64,000 nt of DNA, taken from the NCBI GenBank assembly GCA_007121015.1, contig SKMN01000048.1, positions 1,666 to 65,665 of the forward strand. The letters are read 5' to 3'. Below the pieces are notes generated by a model. That model worked only from the letters and a program-made list of their open reading frames with translations. It was not told the origin of the DNA and did not search any database. Shown here piece by piece: positions 28,931 through 36,994 of the stretch. Origin of the DNA: Coriobacteriia bacterium. Lineage in GTDB: Bacteria; Actinomycetota; Coriobacteriia; Anaerosomatales; SLCP01. A program made the position numbers and the translations under genes. Position 1 is the stretch's first letter; every line of letters starts with the position of its first letter.

Positions 28931-29494
28931 GTGCCTACGAGCGACCCATTCGACTCGATCCTCACTGCGGCTGGTCAAGGGGCGGAGTGGGCGTGGGAGC
29001 GCCTGGTCGCCGACCTTGATGGTGTGCTGCGGGGATACGTGCGCCGCCAGGGCGGCATGGACGCAGACGACCTTGTTGGAGAGACCTGGCTCCAGGTGGC
29101 ACGTGGCTTGAAACGCTTCTCGGGTGACGAGGCGGCGTTCCGCTCGTGGGTGTTCATGATCGCCCACCACCGCATCGTCGACGAGCGGCGTCGCGTCAGA
29201 CGCAAGCCGGTCGAGAGCGTCGATGAGACAGTGCTCGAAGAGGCCGCTCCGAAGGTGGGCTCGGCGGAGTCGGAAGCCGTTGCGCGTGTCGTTGACGAAG
29301 AACTCCAGCGAGTGCTCGACAGGCTACCTCCGGACCAACGTGAAGTGGTGATACTTCGGTTCGTCGCCTGCTTCGGCGTCACCGAGGTCGCGCGGATCGT
29401 CGGGAAGTCACCGGGGGCGGTCAGTGCCCTTCAGCGCAGAGCATTGAAGCGCCTCGAGAAGATTCTTGGCGAAGGTGGTACGTTTCTGCCGTAG
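28931..29494 (+). CDS. ECF-type RNA polymerase sigma-70 family factor
   Basis: Region 2 is DADDLVGETWLQVARGLKRF...FRSWVFMIAHHRIVDERR. Region 4 is LPPDQREVVILRF...VTEVARIVGKSPGAVSALQRRALKRL. Confidence 0.88.
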   Translation: MPTSDPFDSILTAAGQGAEWAWERLVADLDGVLRGYVRRQGGMDADDLVGETWLQVARGLKRFSGDEAAFRSWVFMIAHHRIVDERRRVRRKPVESVDETVLEEAAPKVGSAESEAVARVVDEELQRVLDRLPPDQREVVILRFVACFGVTEVARIVGKSPGAVSALQRRALKRLEKILGEGGTFLP

Positions 29495-29515
29495 CGCGTC
29501 GGTAACGGGAGTGAG

Positions 29516-30274
29516 ATGAGACGTTCGAAGCGACACTACGACGAGTGGGCAGACCGACTGGCTGCCGGAGACTGTGACCTTGGTGACGAGGACGCGGTGT
29601 CGGCGTTCACCGGGATGCTGCAGGCCGACTCGGCAGACGAGCCGGTCGATTCGCGGTTGCCCGCCACTCTCGCAGCGGAGGCGTTGCAGGTCGCCGAGAA
29701 CGCTCCAGTCCGTACCACGGGGGGCCGGGATGCGCGGCCTCTCACGATGAGATGGAGGCGACGCGCTATGATCAGCACCTTCCTTTCGACGTTGTTCGGG
29801 AAGATCGCAGTCGGCAGTGTGGCCGTGGCGGTCGCAGCTACGGGAGCCGCAGCGACCGGCAACCTGCCCGATGTCGCTCAGCAGCGGGTGGCAGACTCGC
29901 TGGCCGGGATCGGCATCGACATCCCAGCTCCGGATCGTGGCCCCGATGGCGCCGGTGACGAGGCTCTCAGCGAGTTCGAGGGCAGCGTCGAGACGACCGC
30001 CCCGGTTCTTCCTGACGAGGCTTCGGACAAGGCCAAGGGCGTCACCGACACGGTGTTCGAAGGAGATCCCGCCGATGGCCGTGATTTCGGTGAGGCCGTT
30101 TCCGGGACCGCCTCTGACGGTGCGGCTAGTGGCGCTCCCGAGGCACCCGCGGTCCCCGACAGGCCCGAGCAGCCCGTAGCGCCCGAGCAGCCGGTAACGC
30201 CCGAGCAGCCCGTAGCGCCACCGACCTCCGAGCTTCCCGGAGACGCTGACGAAGGACTCGACCGTCGGCCGTAG
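29516..30274 (+). CDS. Putative anti-sigma factor / single-pass membrane protein
   Basis: It starts 22 nt after the sigma gene. It has one central TM (ISTFLSTLFGKIAVGSVAVAVAATGAAA) and an acidic, Pro-rich extracytoplasmic tail. No conserved zinc-binding anti-sigma (ZAS) motif was seen. Confidence 0.5.
   Translation: MRRSKRHYDEWADRLAAGDCDLGDEDAVSAFTGMLQADSADEPVDSRLPATLAAEALQVAENAPVRTTGGRDARPLTMRWRRRAMISTFLSTLFGKIAVGSVAVAVAATGAAATGNLPDVAQQRVADSLAGIGIDIPAPDRGPDGAGDEALSEFEGSVETTAPVLPDEASDKAKGVTDTVFEGDPADGRDFGEAVSGTASDGAASGAPEAPAVPDRPEQPVAPEQPVTPEQPVAPPTSELPGDADEGLDRRP
30164..30217 (+). repeat. 3 x 18-bp in-frame tandem repeat (PEQPVA/PEQPVT/PEQPVA)
   Basis: The units CCCGAGCAGCCCGTAGCG / CCCGAGCAGCCGGTAACG / CCCGAGCAGCCCGTAGCG were read directly. 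Confidence 0.9.
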
Positions 30275-30299
30275 TAACACCAGCGTGTATCTTCACGGC

Positions 30300-30334
30300 A
30301 ACCCCGGCCGCTCCCTCAGGTGGCCGGGGTTTGT
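30300..30334 (+). terminator. Intrinsic-terminator-like hairpin after the anti-sigma-like gene
   Basis: AACCCCGGCC-N12-GGCCGGGGTT forms a perfect 10-bp stem followed by a short T-containing tail. Confidence 0.55.
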
Positions 30335-30446
30335 CATGTGGTGAGGAAGCTCCGGGCGGTTCGGATACAATCACCTCAGCGCCGGGATACCGTATCGGCA
30401 ACCGCCACCGGCCCCTTGTCTGCCCGGCCGAGGAGACCAGGCACTT

Positions 30447-31646
30447 ATGAGATCTTCGCACGTGTTCGCGGCAGCCTTCGCCATGCTTTGGGTGACCGCG
30501 GCGACCGCGATGCCCGCGATGGCTGCGGAGGCGATGCCGGCTACGGATGTGGCCGGAGAGGTCGCACGGTCGGACATCATGCTGCTCGTCGCCTTCGTGG
30601 CGATGGCGCTCATCATCTCGGCCCTCTGCTCGATCGCCGAATCGGTCCTGCTGAGCATCACGCCTTCCTACATCGAGGGCATGCGCGAGATGCATGCGAA
30701 GTTCGCCGCACTCCTGCGGCGTATCCGTCAGGAGAGCGTCGACCGTTCGCTGGCCGCGATCCTTACCCTCAACACGATCGCCAATACCGCTGGCGCGATC
30801 GGAGCGGGCGCCCAGGCCACGATCGTGTTCGGCAGCACGTGGACTGGGGTCTTCTCGGCGTTCATGACGCTCGGCATCCTCTTCCTCTCCGAGATCGTCC
30901 CGAAGACCATCGGCACCGTGTACTGGCGGACCCTCGTCAAGCCCACCGCGCTCTTCATCCGCGCATTGACGTTCGCGCTCTACCCGCTCGTACGGATATC
31001 CGAGTGGGTCACGAGGTTGATCGCCCGCGGCCGCGACGTGCACGTCTTCAGCCGACAGGAGTTCATCGCCATGGCGGGTGTGGCCGAGGAGCGCGGTCAC
31101 ATCGATGTCCATGAGTCGCGCATCTTCAGGAACTTGTTCCGGTTCGAATCGCTGAAGGCGAAGGATGCCATGACACCCCGCACGGTCATGATGGCGTTCC
31201 CCGAGTCGATGACGGTCAGAGAGCTACTTTCCGAGGTCGAGCCGATACCGTTCTCGCGCCTTCCGGTGTATAGCGCCGATACCGACCACATCACCGGGAT
31301 GGTGCTCAAAGACGACGTGCTGATGACCGAAGCGCGCGACGAGGGCGAGCGGACGCTGGCGTCGCTCAAGCGCGAGATGCCGGCGGTGCCCGCGGCGATG
31401 CCGCTGTCGCGGCTGTTGGAATTCTTCCTCGAGGAGCGTCATCAGATGGCGATCGTCGTCGACGAGTACGGCGGCACGAGCGGACTCATCACGCTCGAGG
31501 ACCTCATCGAGACCCTCCTCGGCATGGAGATCGTCGATGAGAGTGACAGCGTCGAGGACATGCAGGTACTTGCGCGCAGGCTCGCAGCGGAGCGCTCGGC
31601 CGCAGCGGGACGGCCTGGGGTGAAGAGCTCTTCGCAGACAGGGTGA
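30447..31646 (+). CDS. CNNM/DUF21-CBS-pair (hemolysin/CorC-family) membrane protein without the CorC_HlyC C-terminal domain
   Basis: The DUF21 block is LCSIAESVLLS...AAILTLNTIANTAGA, followed by a CBS pair ending in ITLEDLIETLLGMEIVDESD. Confidence 0.75.
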   Translation: MRSSHVFAAAFAMLWVTAATAMPAMAAEAMPATDVAGEVARSDIMLLVAFVAMALIISALCSIAESVLLSITPSYIEGMREMHAKFAALLRRIRQESVDRSLAAILTLNTIANTAGAIGAGAQATIVFGSTWTGVFSAFMTLGILFLSEIVPKTIGTVYWRTLVKPTALFIRALTFALYPLVRISEWVTRLIARGRDVHVFSRQEFIAMAGVAEERGHIDVHESRIFRNLFRFESLKAKDAMTPRTVMMAFPESMTVRELLSEVEPIPFSRLPVYSADTDHITGMVLKDDVLMTEARDEGERTLASLKREMPAVPAAMPLSRLLEFFLEERHQMAIVVDEYGGTSGLITLEDLIETLLGMEIVDESDSVEDMQVLARRLAAERSAAAGRPGVKSSSQTG

Positions 31647-31754
31647 CGTGTCCCGCCTGCATCCGCTGTCCCTGTGGTCGTCAGGCGCACTGCTGCACCG
31701 CTACCTGATTGAGCACGGGTGTTTTTCGGTACACACAAGTCAGAGGAGACGGGG

Positions 31755-32864
31755 GTGCCGGCGCTGAGTACGAACGAACGACAGCCTCAGGCCCGGCAGT
31801 GCGAGAGACTCGACTGGGAGCGCCTGCTCAAGATCACCTGGACCGTGATCGGCTGGATAGTGCTTCTGCTCGGCGCACTGTGGCTTCTCGGCAGGCTGTG
31901 GACGGTGCTGTTGCCCCTGGCTCTCGGGTTGATCATCGTGTTCTTCCTAAGGCCGCCCGTCGAGTGGCTCGCGGCGCGTAAGGTATCGAGGCTGGTGGCA
32001 GTCCTGCTCTGCTACCTTCTTGCGGTGGCCGTGCTGGTCGGCGGAGGTGTGATCTTGACGCCCGTCGTAGCGACACAGGCAGCGGAGTTCACGTCTGCGC
32101 TCCCCGGATACGTCGAACGGCTCCAGGCCGCGGCCGACCGGACCATCCTCCGCTACGAGGAACTGCTCCCGGCGTGGCTGCTCGAAGCGGTCAGCAGCGC
32201 TGCGGAAAGCGCGATGGGCGAGGTCGGAGGCGTAGCGTCGATCATCGCTGGTCAACTCGTTGCTATCGGTAACCGGGTGTTCGGGATCGTGACCGGCCTC
32301 GTGACGGGGACGGTCATCGGGTTCTATCTCCTCTACACCCTTCCTGCGGTCGGTCCGGGGATCATCGAATCGATGCCTCCGGGCTGGCGTCGGACCGCGC
32401 GGGAGATCGGTGCGCGTGTCGAAGAAAGCGTGGGCGGGTTCCTTCGCGGACAGCTCATACTCATGGTGATCGTCGGGATCATGACATGGGTCGGCATGTT
32501 GATCATAGGCATGCCGTACTCCGGGTTCATCGGCGTGCTCGCTGGAATACTGGAGTTCATCCCGTATCTCGGGCCCATCGCCGCCGCCGCCGTCGCGATC
32601 GTCATCGGGCTGATGACCGATCCCATTCTCGCGCTATGGGCACTGATCGTGATGGTGTTCATCCAGCAGATCGAGAGCAACGTGGCACGCCCCAAGGTCA
32701 TGGGCGACGCCATGGGGTTGCACCCGGTCGTCGTGATGCTCGCGATCATCGGGGCGACGACCTTGTTCGGGTTCATCGGACTCCTGCTCTCGGTTCCTGT
32801 CTTGGGCATCGTGAAGGTCCTCTACGGATACTGGGCCGAGAGGCGTGGATGGAGTCCGTGGTAG
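31755..32864 (+). CDS. AI-2E family (PerM/YhhT-like) transporter
   Basis: It has GFLRGQLILMVIVGI and ILEFIPYLGPIAAAAVAIVIGL. A GTG follows AGGAG by 6 nt; the ORF opens at 31719. Confidence 0.8.
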   Translation: MPALSTNERQPQARQCERLDWERLLKITWTVIGWIVLLLGALWLLGRLWTVLLPLALGLIIVFFLRPPVEWLAARKVSRLVAVLLCYLLAVAVLVGGGVILTPVVATQAAEFTSALPGYVERLQAAADRTILRYEELLPAWLLEAVSSAAESAMGEVGGVASIIAGQLVAIGNRVFGIVTGLVTGTVIGFYLLYTLPAVGPGIIESMPPGWRRTAREIGARVEESVGGFLRGQLILMVIVGIMTWVGMLIIGMPYSGFIGVLAGILEFIPYLGPIAAAAVAIVIGLMTDPILALWALIVMVFIQQIESNVARPKVMGDAMGLHPVVVMLAIIGATTLFGFIGLLLSVPVLGIVKVLYGYWAERRGWSPW

Positions 32865-32995
32865 TCCTTCAACTGAGTCGTTGTGCGTTGAGGTGCGCGT
32901 TTCCCACGGGTATCTACTGTCTGACAGTGTCCTCAGGCCTGTGGTGACATCCTCGTGAGCGATCGCCATCGCGCCGCTCGAGAACGGAGAAGACC

Positions 32996-33418
32996 GTGGT
33001 ACGCATCGCGCATTTCGATACGATCGGCGACATGCTCGACCAGACCCCCGAGCTGTCCACCTTCAACCAGCTCGTCCGTCGTTCGGGCGTGATCGTGGAC
33101 CTTGACGGGGAGGGGCCGTTCACCGTCTTCGCCCCCACGAACGAGGCGTTCGACAAGCTGCCGCCCAACGCGCTCGGGAACATCGTCAAAGTGCCCGCCG
33201 ACCTCGAACGTTTCGTGCGCCACCATGTCGCGCCCGGTTCGTTCGACCGGGAACGCATCATAGCCAGCGACGTGGTACCTACGGTGCTCGGGGTGGGGCT
33301 CGAGGTGATAGACGCAGAGCCTGGTCCTTACGTGGGCGGCGCGAGAGTGGTCGACGCGGATATCGGCACGGGTAACGGCGTGGTTCACACGGTCGATGAC
33401 GTCATCGGTCCAGAGTAG
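32996..33418 (+). CDS. Fasciclin (FAS1) domain protein with no signal peptide
   Basis: It has GPFTVFAPTNEAFDKLP and NGVVHTVDDVI. The domain starts within about 15 residues of the GTG start. Confidence 0.8.
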   Translation: MVRIAHFDTIGDMLDQTPELSTFNQLVRRSGVIVDLDGEGPFTVFAPTNEAFDKLPPNALGNIVKVPADLERFVRHHVAPGSFDRERIIASDVVPTVLGVGLEVIDAEPGPYVGGARVVDADIGTGNGVVHTVDDVIGPE

Positions 33419-34376
33419 AGTCGCGCGGGTCGTAGCCCACTTCGAGTGCGTCTGTCGCCCACGAACTTACTGAGAGGCTTGGACCGGACAAGAGCGCCGC
33501 GCGAAGCCACTCCCACACTGTTGCAACGGCATGCGCGGTGCTCCGACCGATGGCGGTGTCTGCGACTGCTCTTCCCTCGGCCATGCGCGCCATCGCATCT
33601 CGTAGAGCCGGGTCGTACGGTATCTCGGCCACGAGGGGGACGCACCGCTCGGCGCACAGGTCGCGCACTCGCTCGGCACCGGCTGATGAGAGATCGGCCT
33701 TGTTGAGCACGGCGGCCATCGGCACGTCGAGGTGTGTGACGAGCGACTCGAGCCGGCCGAGGTCGTGCGCTCCGGAGTACGTCGGTTCCGCCACGGCCAG
33801 AACCATGTCGGTGCCGGTCGCAGAAGCGATGGCGGGACATCCGGTTCCCGGGGGCCCGTCGATGAGCAGTAGTTCGGCTCCGTGGGCCGCTGCAAGTGCG
33901 GACGCGCGGCTCCGCACCTCGGTGACGAGCTTGCCGCTGAGGTCGTGACCAGGCCGGAGCTGCCCGAAGGCGAGCGGACCTACCGCTGACACCCCCGTGC
34001 TCACGCTGCCGGCGATGTCGCGCGAGAACGTCACGGCATCCACTGCGCACACGAACGCGCACGTCGTACACCCCTCGCAGGCGATCGTATCGACACGGTA
34101 GACATCATCGGTCGAGGAGATCGCACCGAATCGGCACGCGGCGGCACATGCCCCACACCCCATGCATCGCCCGGGATCGATCGACGCTGTCAGACCGCCC
34201 TCGAACACCTCGCTGCGTTCGTGCGCGAACCCGAGCGCGAGCGGCAGGTTCGAGGCCTCTACATCTGCGTCCGCTACCGCGATTCTGATCGATGAGGCCG
34301 AAAGGTGCGCTAACAGCGCCGAGAGGGTGGTCTTGCCCGTCCCGCCTTTGCCGGATGCGACCGTGATGGTTTTCAT
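33402..34376 (-). CDS. MinD/ParA-class P-loop ATPase with an inserted 2x[4Fe-4S] ferredoxin domain (COG1149 type), copy B
   Basis: It has the deviant Walker A ASGKGGTGKTT plus CMGCGACAAAC and CEGCTTCAFVC. The start overlaps the upstream stop (ATGA). The long N-terminal part of ORF 33402-34733 was rejected. Confidence 0.82.
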   Translation of the reverse strand: MKTITVASGKGGTGKTTLSALLAHLSASSIRIAVADADVEASNLPLALGFAHERSEVFEGGLTASIDPGRCMGCGACAAACRFGAISSTDDVYRVDTIACEGCTTCAFVCAVDAVTFSRDIAGSVSTGVSAVGPLAFGQLRPGHDLSGKLVTEVRSRASALAAAHGAELLLIDGPPGTGCPAIASATGTDMVLAVAEPTYSGAHDLGRLESLVTHLDVPMAAVLNKADLSSAGAERVRDLCAERCVPLVAEIPYDPALRDAMARMAEGRAVADTAIGRSTAHAVATVWEWLRAALLSGPSLSVSSWATDALEVGYDPRDSTLDR

Positions 34377-35314
34377 CGGTGGACCACGGCGGGTCGTGTG
34401 CCATGGGCGGAGACGCTCTCGATCCACGTGCCTATCGGCTCGAGCCACTGCGCCGGTGCATCGGCGTACTCCGACACGAGCGTACCGCCGGCGTACGCTT
34501 CGGCGATGCGCCGGTCGAACGGTATCGAGCACACCACCGATATGCCGTGTGCGGCCGCCAGCCGCTCTACGTCGTACGTCCCGTTGGTCACCTTGTTCGC
34601 CACGACGGTCGCAGGAACGTTCGTATCCGCTGCGAGGTGAAGTGCGAGCTCGAGGTCGTGGAGCCCGAAGGGTGTGGGCTCCGTGACGAACAGGAGCGCA
34701 TCGGCCGCACGCACCGTAGCGACGACGGGGCACGCGACGCCGGGTGGCGCATCGAGGAGTACGAGATCCGCCGGAGCGTGCATCGCCGCCGCTACCGCGT
34801 CACGGATGACGTCGGGTGCCTTGACCTGCCCGATGTCGAGCACACCTGCGACCAGCTGCAGCCCGGGGTGTCGCAGCGCACGGCTCATTGTAACGACGCC
34901 GACGCGCCTGCCGACGATCCGCACGGCATCAGCCGGACACACTCTTGCGCAGAGCCCGCACCCGTTGCATAGTTCCTCGAACACGACGACCCGGGTCCCG
35001 AGGAGTCTGAGCGCGCCGCGCGTGCACGCGTCTCGGCAGGCACCGCAGGCGTGGCAGGACGCAGGATCGATCTCTGACACCGGAGCCTCGACGACCGAGG
35101 TCTCCACGTGGGCCACCTTGAAGAACAGGTGGTCGTTGGGTGCGTCGGCGTCGCAGTCGACAAGCGTGACGCTTCGTCCGGAGTGGGCCGCCCACGCCGC
35201 AAGGTTGGCCGACACGAGTGTCTTGCCGGTTCCACCCTTGCCCGAGGCCACCGCGACGGTGAACGGCCCTCCGGGGCCCGCATGGAGCGGACTGGAAGCG
35301 ACACCTGCATCCAT
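34373..35314 (-). CDS. MinD/ParA-class P-loop ATPase with an inserted 2x[4Fe-4S] ferredoxin domain (COG1149 type), copy A
   Basis: It has ASGKGGTGKTL plus CHACGACRDAC and CNGCGLCARVCP. Confidence 0.82.
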   Translation of the reverse strand: MDAGVASSPLHAGPGGPFTVAVASGKGGTGKTLVSANLAAWAAHSGRSVTLVDCDADAPNDHLFFKVAHVETSVVEAPVSEIDPASCHACGACRDACTRGALRLLGTRVVVFEELCNGCGLCARVCPADAVRIVGRRVGVVTMSRALRHPGLQLVAGVLDIGQVKAPDVIRDAVAAAMHAPADLVLLDAPPGVACPVVATVRAADALLFVTEPTPFGLHDLELALHLAADTNVPATVVANKVTNGTYDVERLAAAHGISVVCSIPFDRRIAEAYAGGTLVSEYADAPAQWLEPIGTWIESVSAHGTRPAVVHR

Positions 35315-35318
35315 GGCG

Positions 35319-35699
35319 CTAGTGGCCTCCGCACACGAAGCGGTCGTCCATGGGCTCCACCTCGCGCCTCAGTACGCGAGCGACGACATCTCCGATGCCG
35401 AGCGTGACGTCGTCGAAGTAGACCTCGATGCCGACGTCGCGGAAGCCGGCGAGCGGTCGGGCTCCCATGCCGGCGACGACGAGTGCGTGCACCCCGTGCG
35501 AGGCGAGGAGCTCGACCGGGCGCAGGCAGCCTCCCTCGGCGTGCGGGGGATTATCGATGACGCGGACACCGACGACACCGTCTGCGCCCAACTCCACGAG
35601 CGTGAACACGTCGCAGCGGCCGAAGTGGCCGGAGCGTTCCCCTTCAAGTCCACCCGTGCCGACCGACGGTATCGCGAGCACGGTCGTTTCAGACATCAC
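35319..35699 (-). CDS. NifB/NifX-family (dinitrogenase Fe-Mo cofactor-binding fold, COG1433) protein
   Basis: It has GHFGRCDVFTLVEL...GGC...LLASHGVHALVVAGMGARP, typical of the family. Confidence 0.75.
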   Translation of the reverse strand: MMSETTVLAIPSVGTGGLEGERSGHFGRCDVFTLVELGADGVVGVRVIDNPPHAEGGCLRPVELLASHGVHALVVAGMGARPLAGFRDVGIEVYFDDVTLGIGDVVARVLRREVEPMDDRFVCGGH

Positions 35700-35752
35700 A
35701 GCACTCCATTCTCTCTACGTTGCCAGGATGGAAGACCCCTGAGTCGTATCGT

Positions 35753-36118
35753 TCAGCCGAGACCCGCATGACTCGTGTCCTTGCTCAGGGGGTGCAAGTG
35801 GCCCTCTGCGAAAGCGTGTACGGCCTCTCGCACCTGCATACCTCCCGCAGCCCGGTATCCGCCGATGTCGGCGAGCGCGAGCGCATCGTACGCTTTGGGG
35901 CCGAGGTGCCCGGTGATCACCGCCGCGGCCCCGGCCCGCGCGACGGCTTCGGCTGTACCGGGGCCGGCACCTTGGAGCGCATTGCAGTTCGCACGGTTGT
36001 CGATCGGTTCTGCCGCGAAGGTCTCCGTGTCCACGACCACAAGGTAGGTGGCCCGGCCGAAGCGCTCGTCGACCGGGTCGTCCAGCGTCGGTCCGTAGGC
36101 ACTCACTGCGACCTTCAC
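35753..36118 (-). CDS. NifB/NifX-family (COG1433) protein, second copy
   Basis: It has VDERFGRATYLVVVDTET...GAGPGTAEAVARAGAAAVITGHLGPKA. Its GTG start overlaps the DUF5320 stop (GTGA). Confidence 0.72.
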   Translation of the reverse strand: MKVAVSAYGPTLDDPVDERFGRATYLVVVDTETFAAEPIDNRANCNALQGAGPGTAEAVARAGAAAVITGHLGPKAYDALALADIGGYRAAGGMQVREAVHAFAEGHLHPLSKDTSHAGLG

Positions 36119-36342
36119 AGCCGCCACCCGCGTCCGCCGCGCGCGCCCGGGCCGTGGCGGCGATGTCCGCCCCGGCCTAAGGTTCCCCTCTGGAACCCTG
36201 CTCCGCTCAGCCCTCCGCCGACTCCCAGCCCGCGACGGAGGAATCGCTGTACGATCCGCGGTTCGTCGCTCATGCACTCCCCGCGTCCTCCGCCGGTCAT
36301 CTCTCCGCGGCCCTCCGGGCCACTTCTGTCCAGTCCAGGCAT
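36115..36342 (-). CDS. DUF5320-family Gly/Arg-rich small protein
   Basis: The N-terminus MPGLDRSGPEGRGEMTGGGRGEC matches the MP(R/G).D.TGP.G.GPMTGRG.G.C signature. A strong RBS GGAAGGAGG precedes the start. Confidence 0.7.
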   Translation of the reverse strand: MPGLDRSGPEGRGEMTGGGRGECMSDEPRIVQRFLRRGLGVGGGLSGAGFQRGTLGRGGHRRHGPGARGGRGWRL

Positions 36343-36365
36343 CGTCCTGCCTCCTTCCTCGAGTA

Positions 36366-36791
36366 TCACGCCGTGTCGGTTTCTTTGAGCGCAGAAGACA
36401 GCGCATCCGCTACTCGGGCAGCGACGCGCTGACGCTCCTTCAGGTGGGCGACCCAGTCGCTCGCCAACTCGCGGCCCTCGGCGGTCAGTTCGTACTCGCG
36501 TCGCTGCGGACCGGAGTCACCCTCGGCCCACGTCGACGTCACGAACCCGTCCTCCTCGAGGCGCCGCAGCACGCGGTACAAGCCGCCCGCGTCGACCTCA
36601 AGCTCACCGCCGGTCAACTCTCGTATCTCGCGTCGCAGGTCGTAGCCGTGACCGCCCTGTCGCGCGAGCGCGGCGAGAGCGGCAGGCTCCACGAACGCAC
36701 CCGCCCCCGAACCCGAACCTCGGCGGCAACACGGGCGGCCACCACCGTGCATCCCGCCGCGTCCGGCGTGGAATCCGTGTCCAGCTGTCAC
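36366..36791 (-). CDS. PadR-family transcriptional regulator with a Gly/His/Cys-rich N-terminal extension
   Basis: The winged-HTH core is GHGYDLRREIRELTGGELEVDAGGLYRVLRRLEEDGFV...REYELT. The GTG start follows GGAGG. Confidence 0.82.
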   Translation of the reverse strand: MTAGHGFHAGRGGMHGGGRPCCRRGSGSGAGAFVEPAALAALARQGGHGYDLRREIRELTGGELEVDAGGLYRVLRRLEEDGFVTSTWAEGDSGPQRREYELTAEGRELASDWVAHLKERQRVAARVADALSSALKETDTA

Positions 36792-36816
36792 AGGAGCCCT
36801 CCTCTAGATGTAATCA

Positions 36817-36828
36817 ACAGCTAGCTGT
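36817..36828. promoter_or_regulatory. Perfect palindrome ACAGCTAGCTGT; candidate PadR operator
   Basis: It lies just downstream of the predicted -10 of the PadR-operon promoter. Half-site-related AGCTGTCA copies occur at 36783-36790 and 36856-36863. Confidence 0.45.
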
Positions 36829-36835
36829 ATGGCAC

Positions 36836-36864
36836 AGTATATGAAGCCGACATATAGCTGTCAA
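36836..36864 (-). promoter_or_regulatory. Near-consensus sigma-70-type promoter for the PadR/DUF5320/NifX/MinD operon
   Basis: The minus strand reads TTGACA-N17-TATACT, with -35 at 36859-36864 and -10 at 36836-36841. It sits in the only clearly AT-rich intergenic stretch of this region. Confidence 0.5.
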
Positions 36865-36994
36865 CCGAGCACGGGGGAAGCCCCGTCTGTGCCACCCGGG
36901 CTGCAAGTAGTGGTAGTCTCGTACGGTCAAGACCGCTCGCGGGGGCCGAGCCATACCTCCCCGCACGACTTCTGGAGAATCGGAGACCACCACT

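Noticed and set aside
33402-34733. Full 443-aa reading of the ORF containing ATPase copy B
   Set aside because: The first roughly 118 residues are Arg-rich, overlap the 3' part of the upstream ATPase gene, and precede an ATGA-coupled internal start that gives a canonical MKTITVASGKGGTGKTT N-terminus.
33402-36342. NifX-like plus NifH-class ATPase genes as a nitrogen-fixation locus
   Set aside because: No NifD/K, NifE/N, NifB radical-SAM domain or NifH proper is present. The ATPases are COG1149 MinD/ferredoxin fusions, so only an unspecified metallocluster-handling role is defensible.
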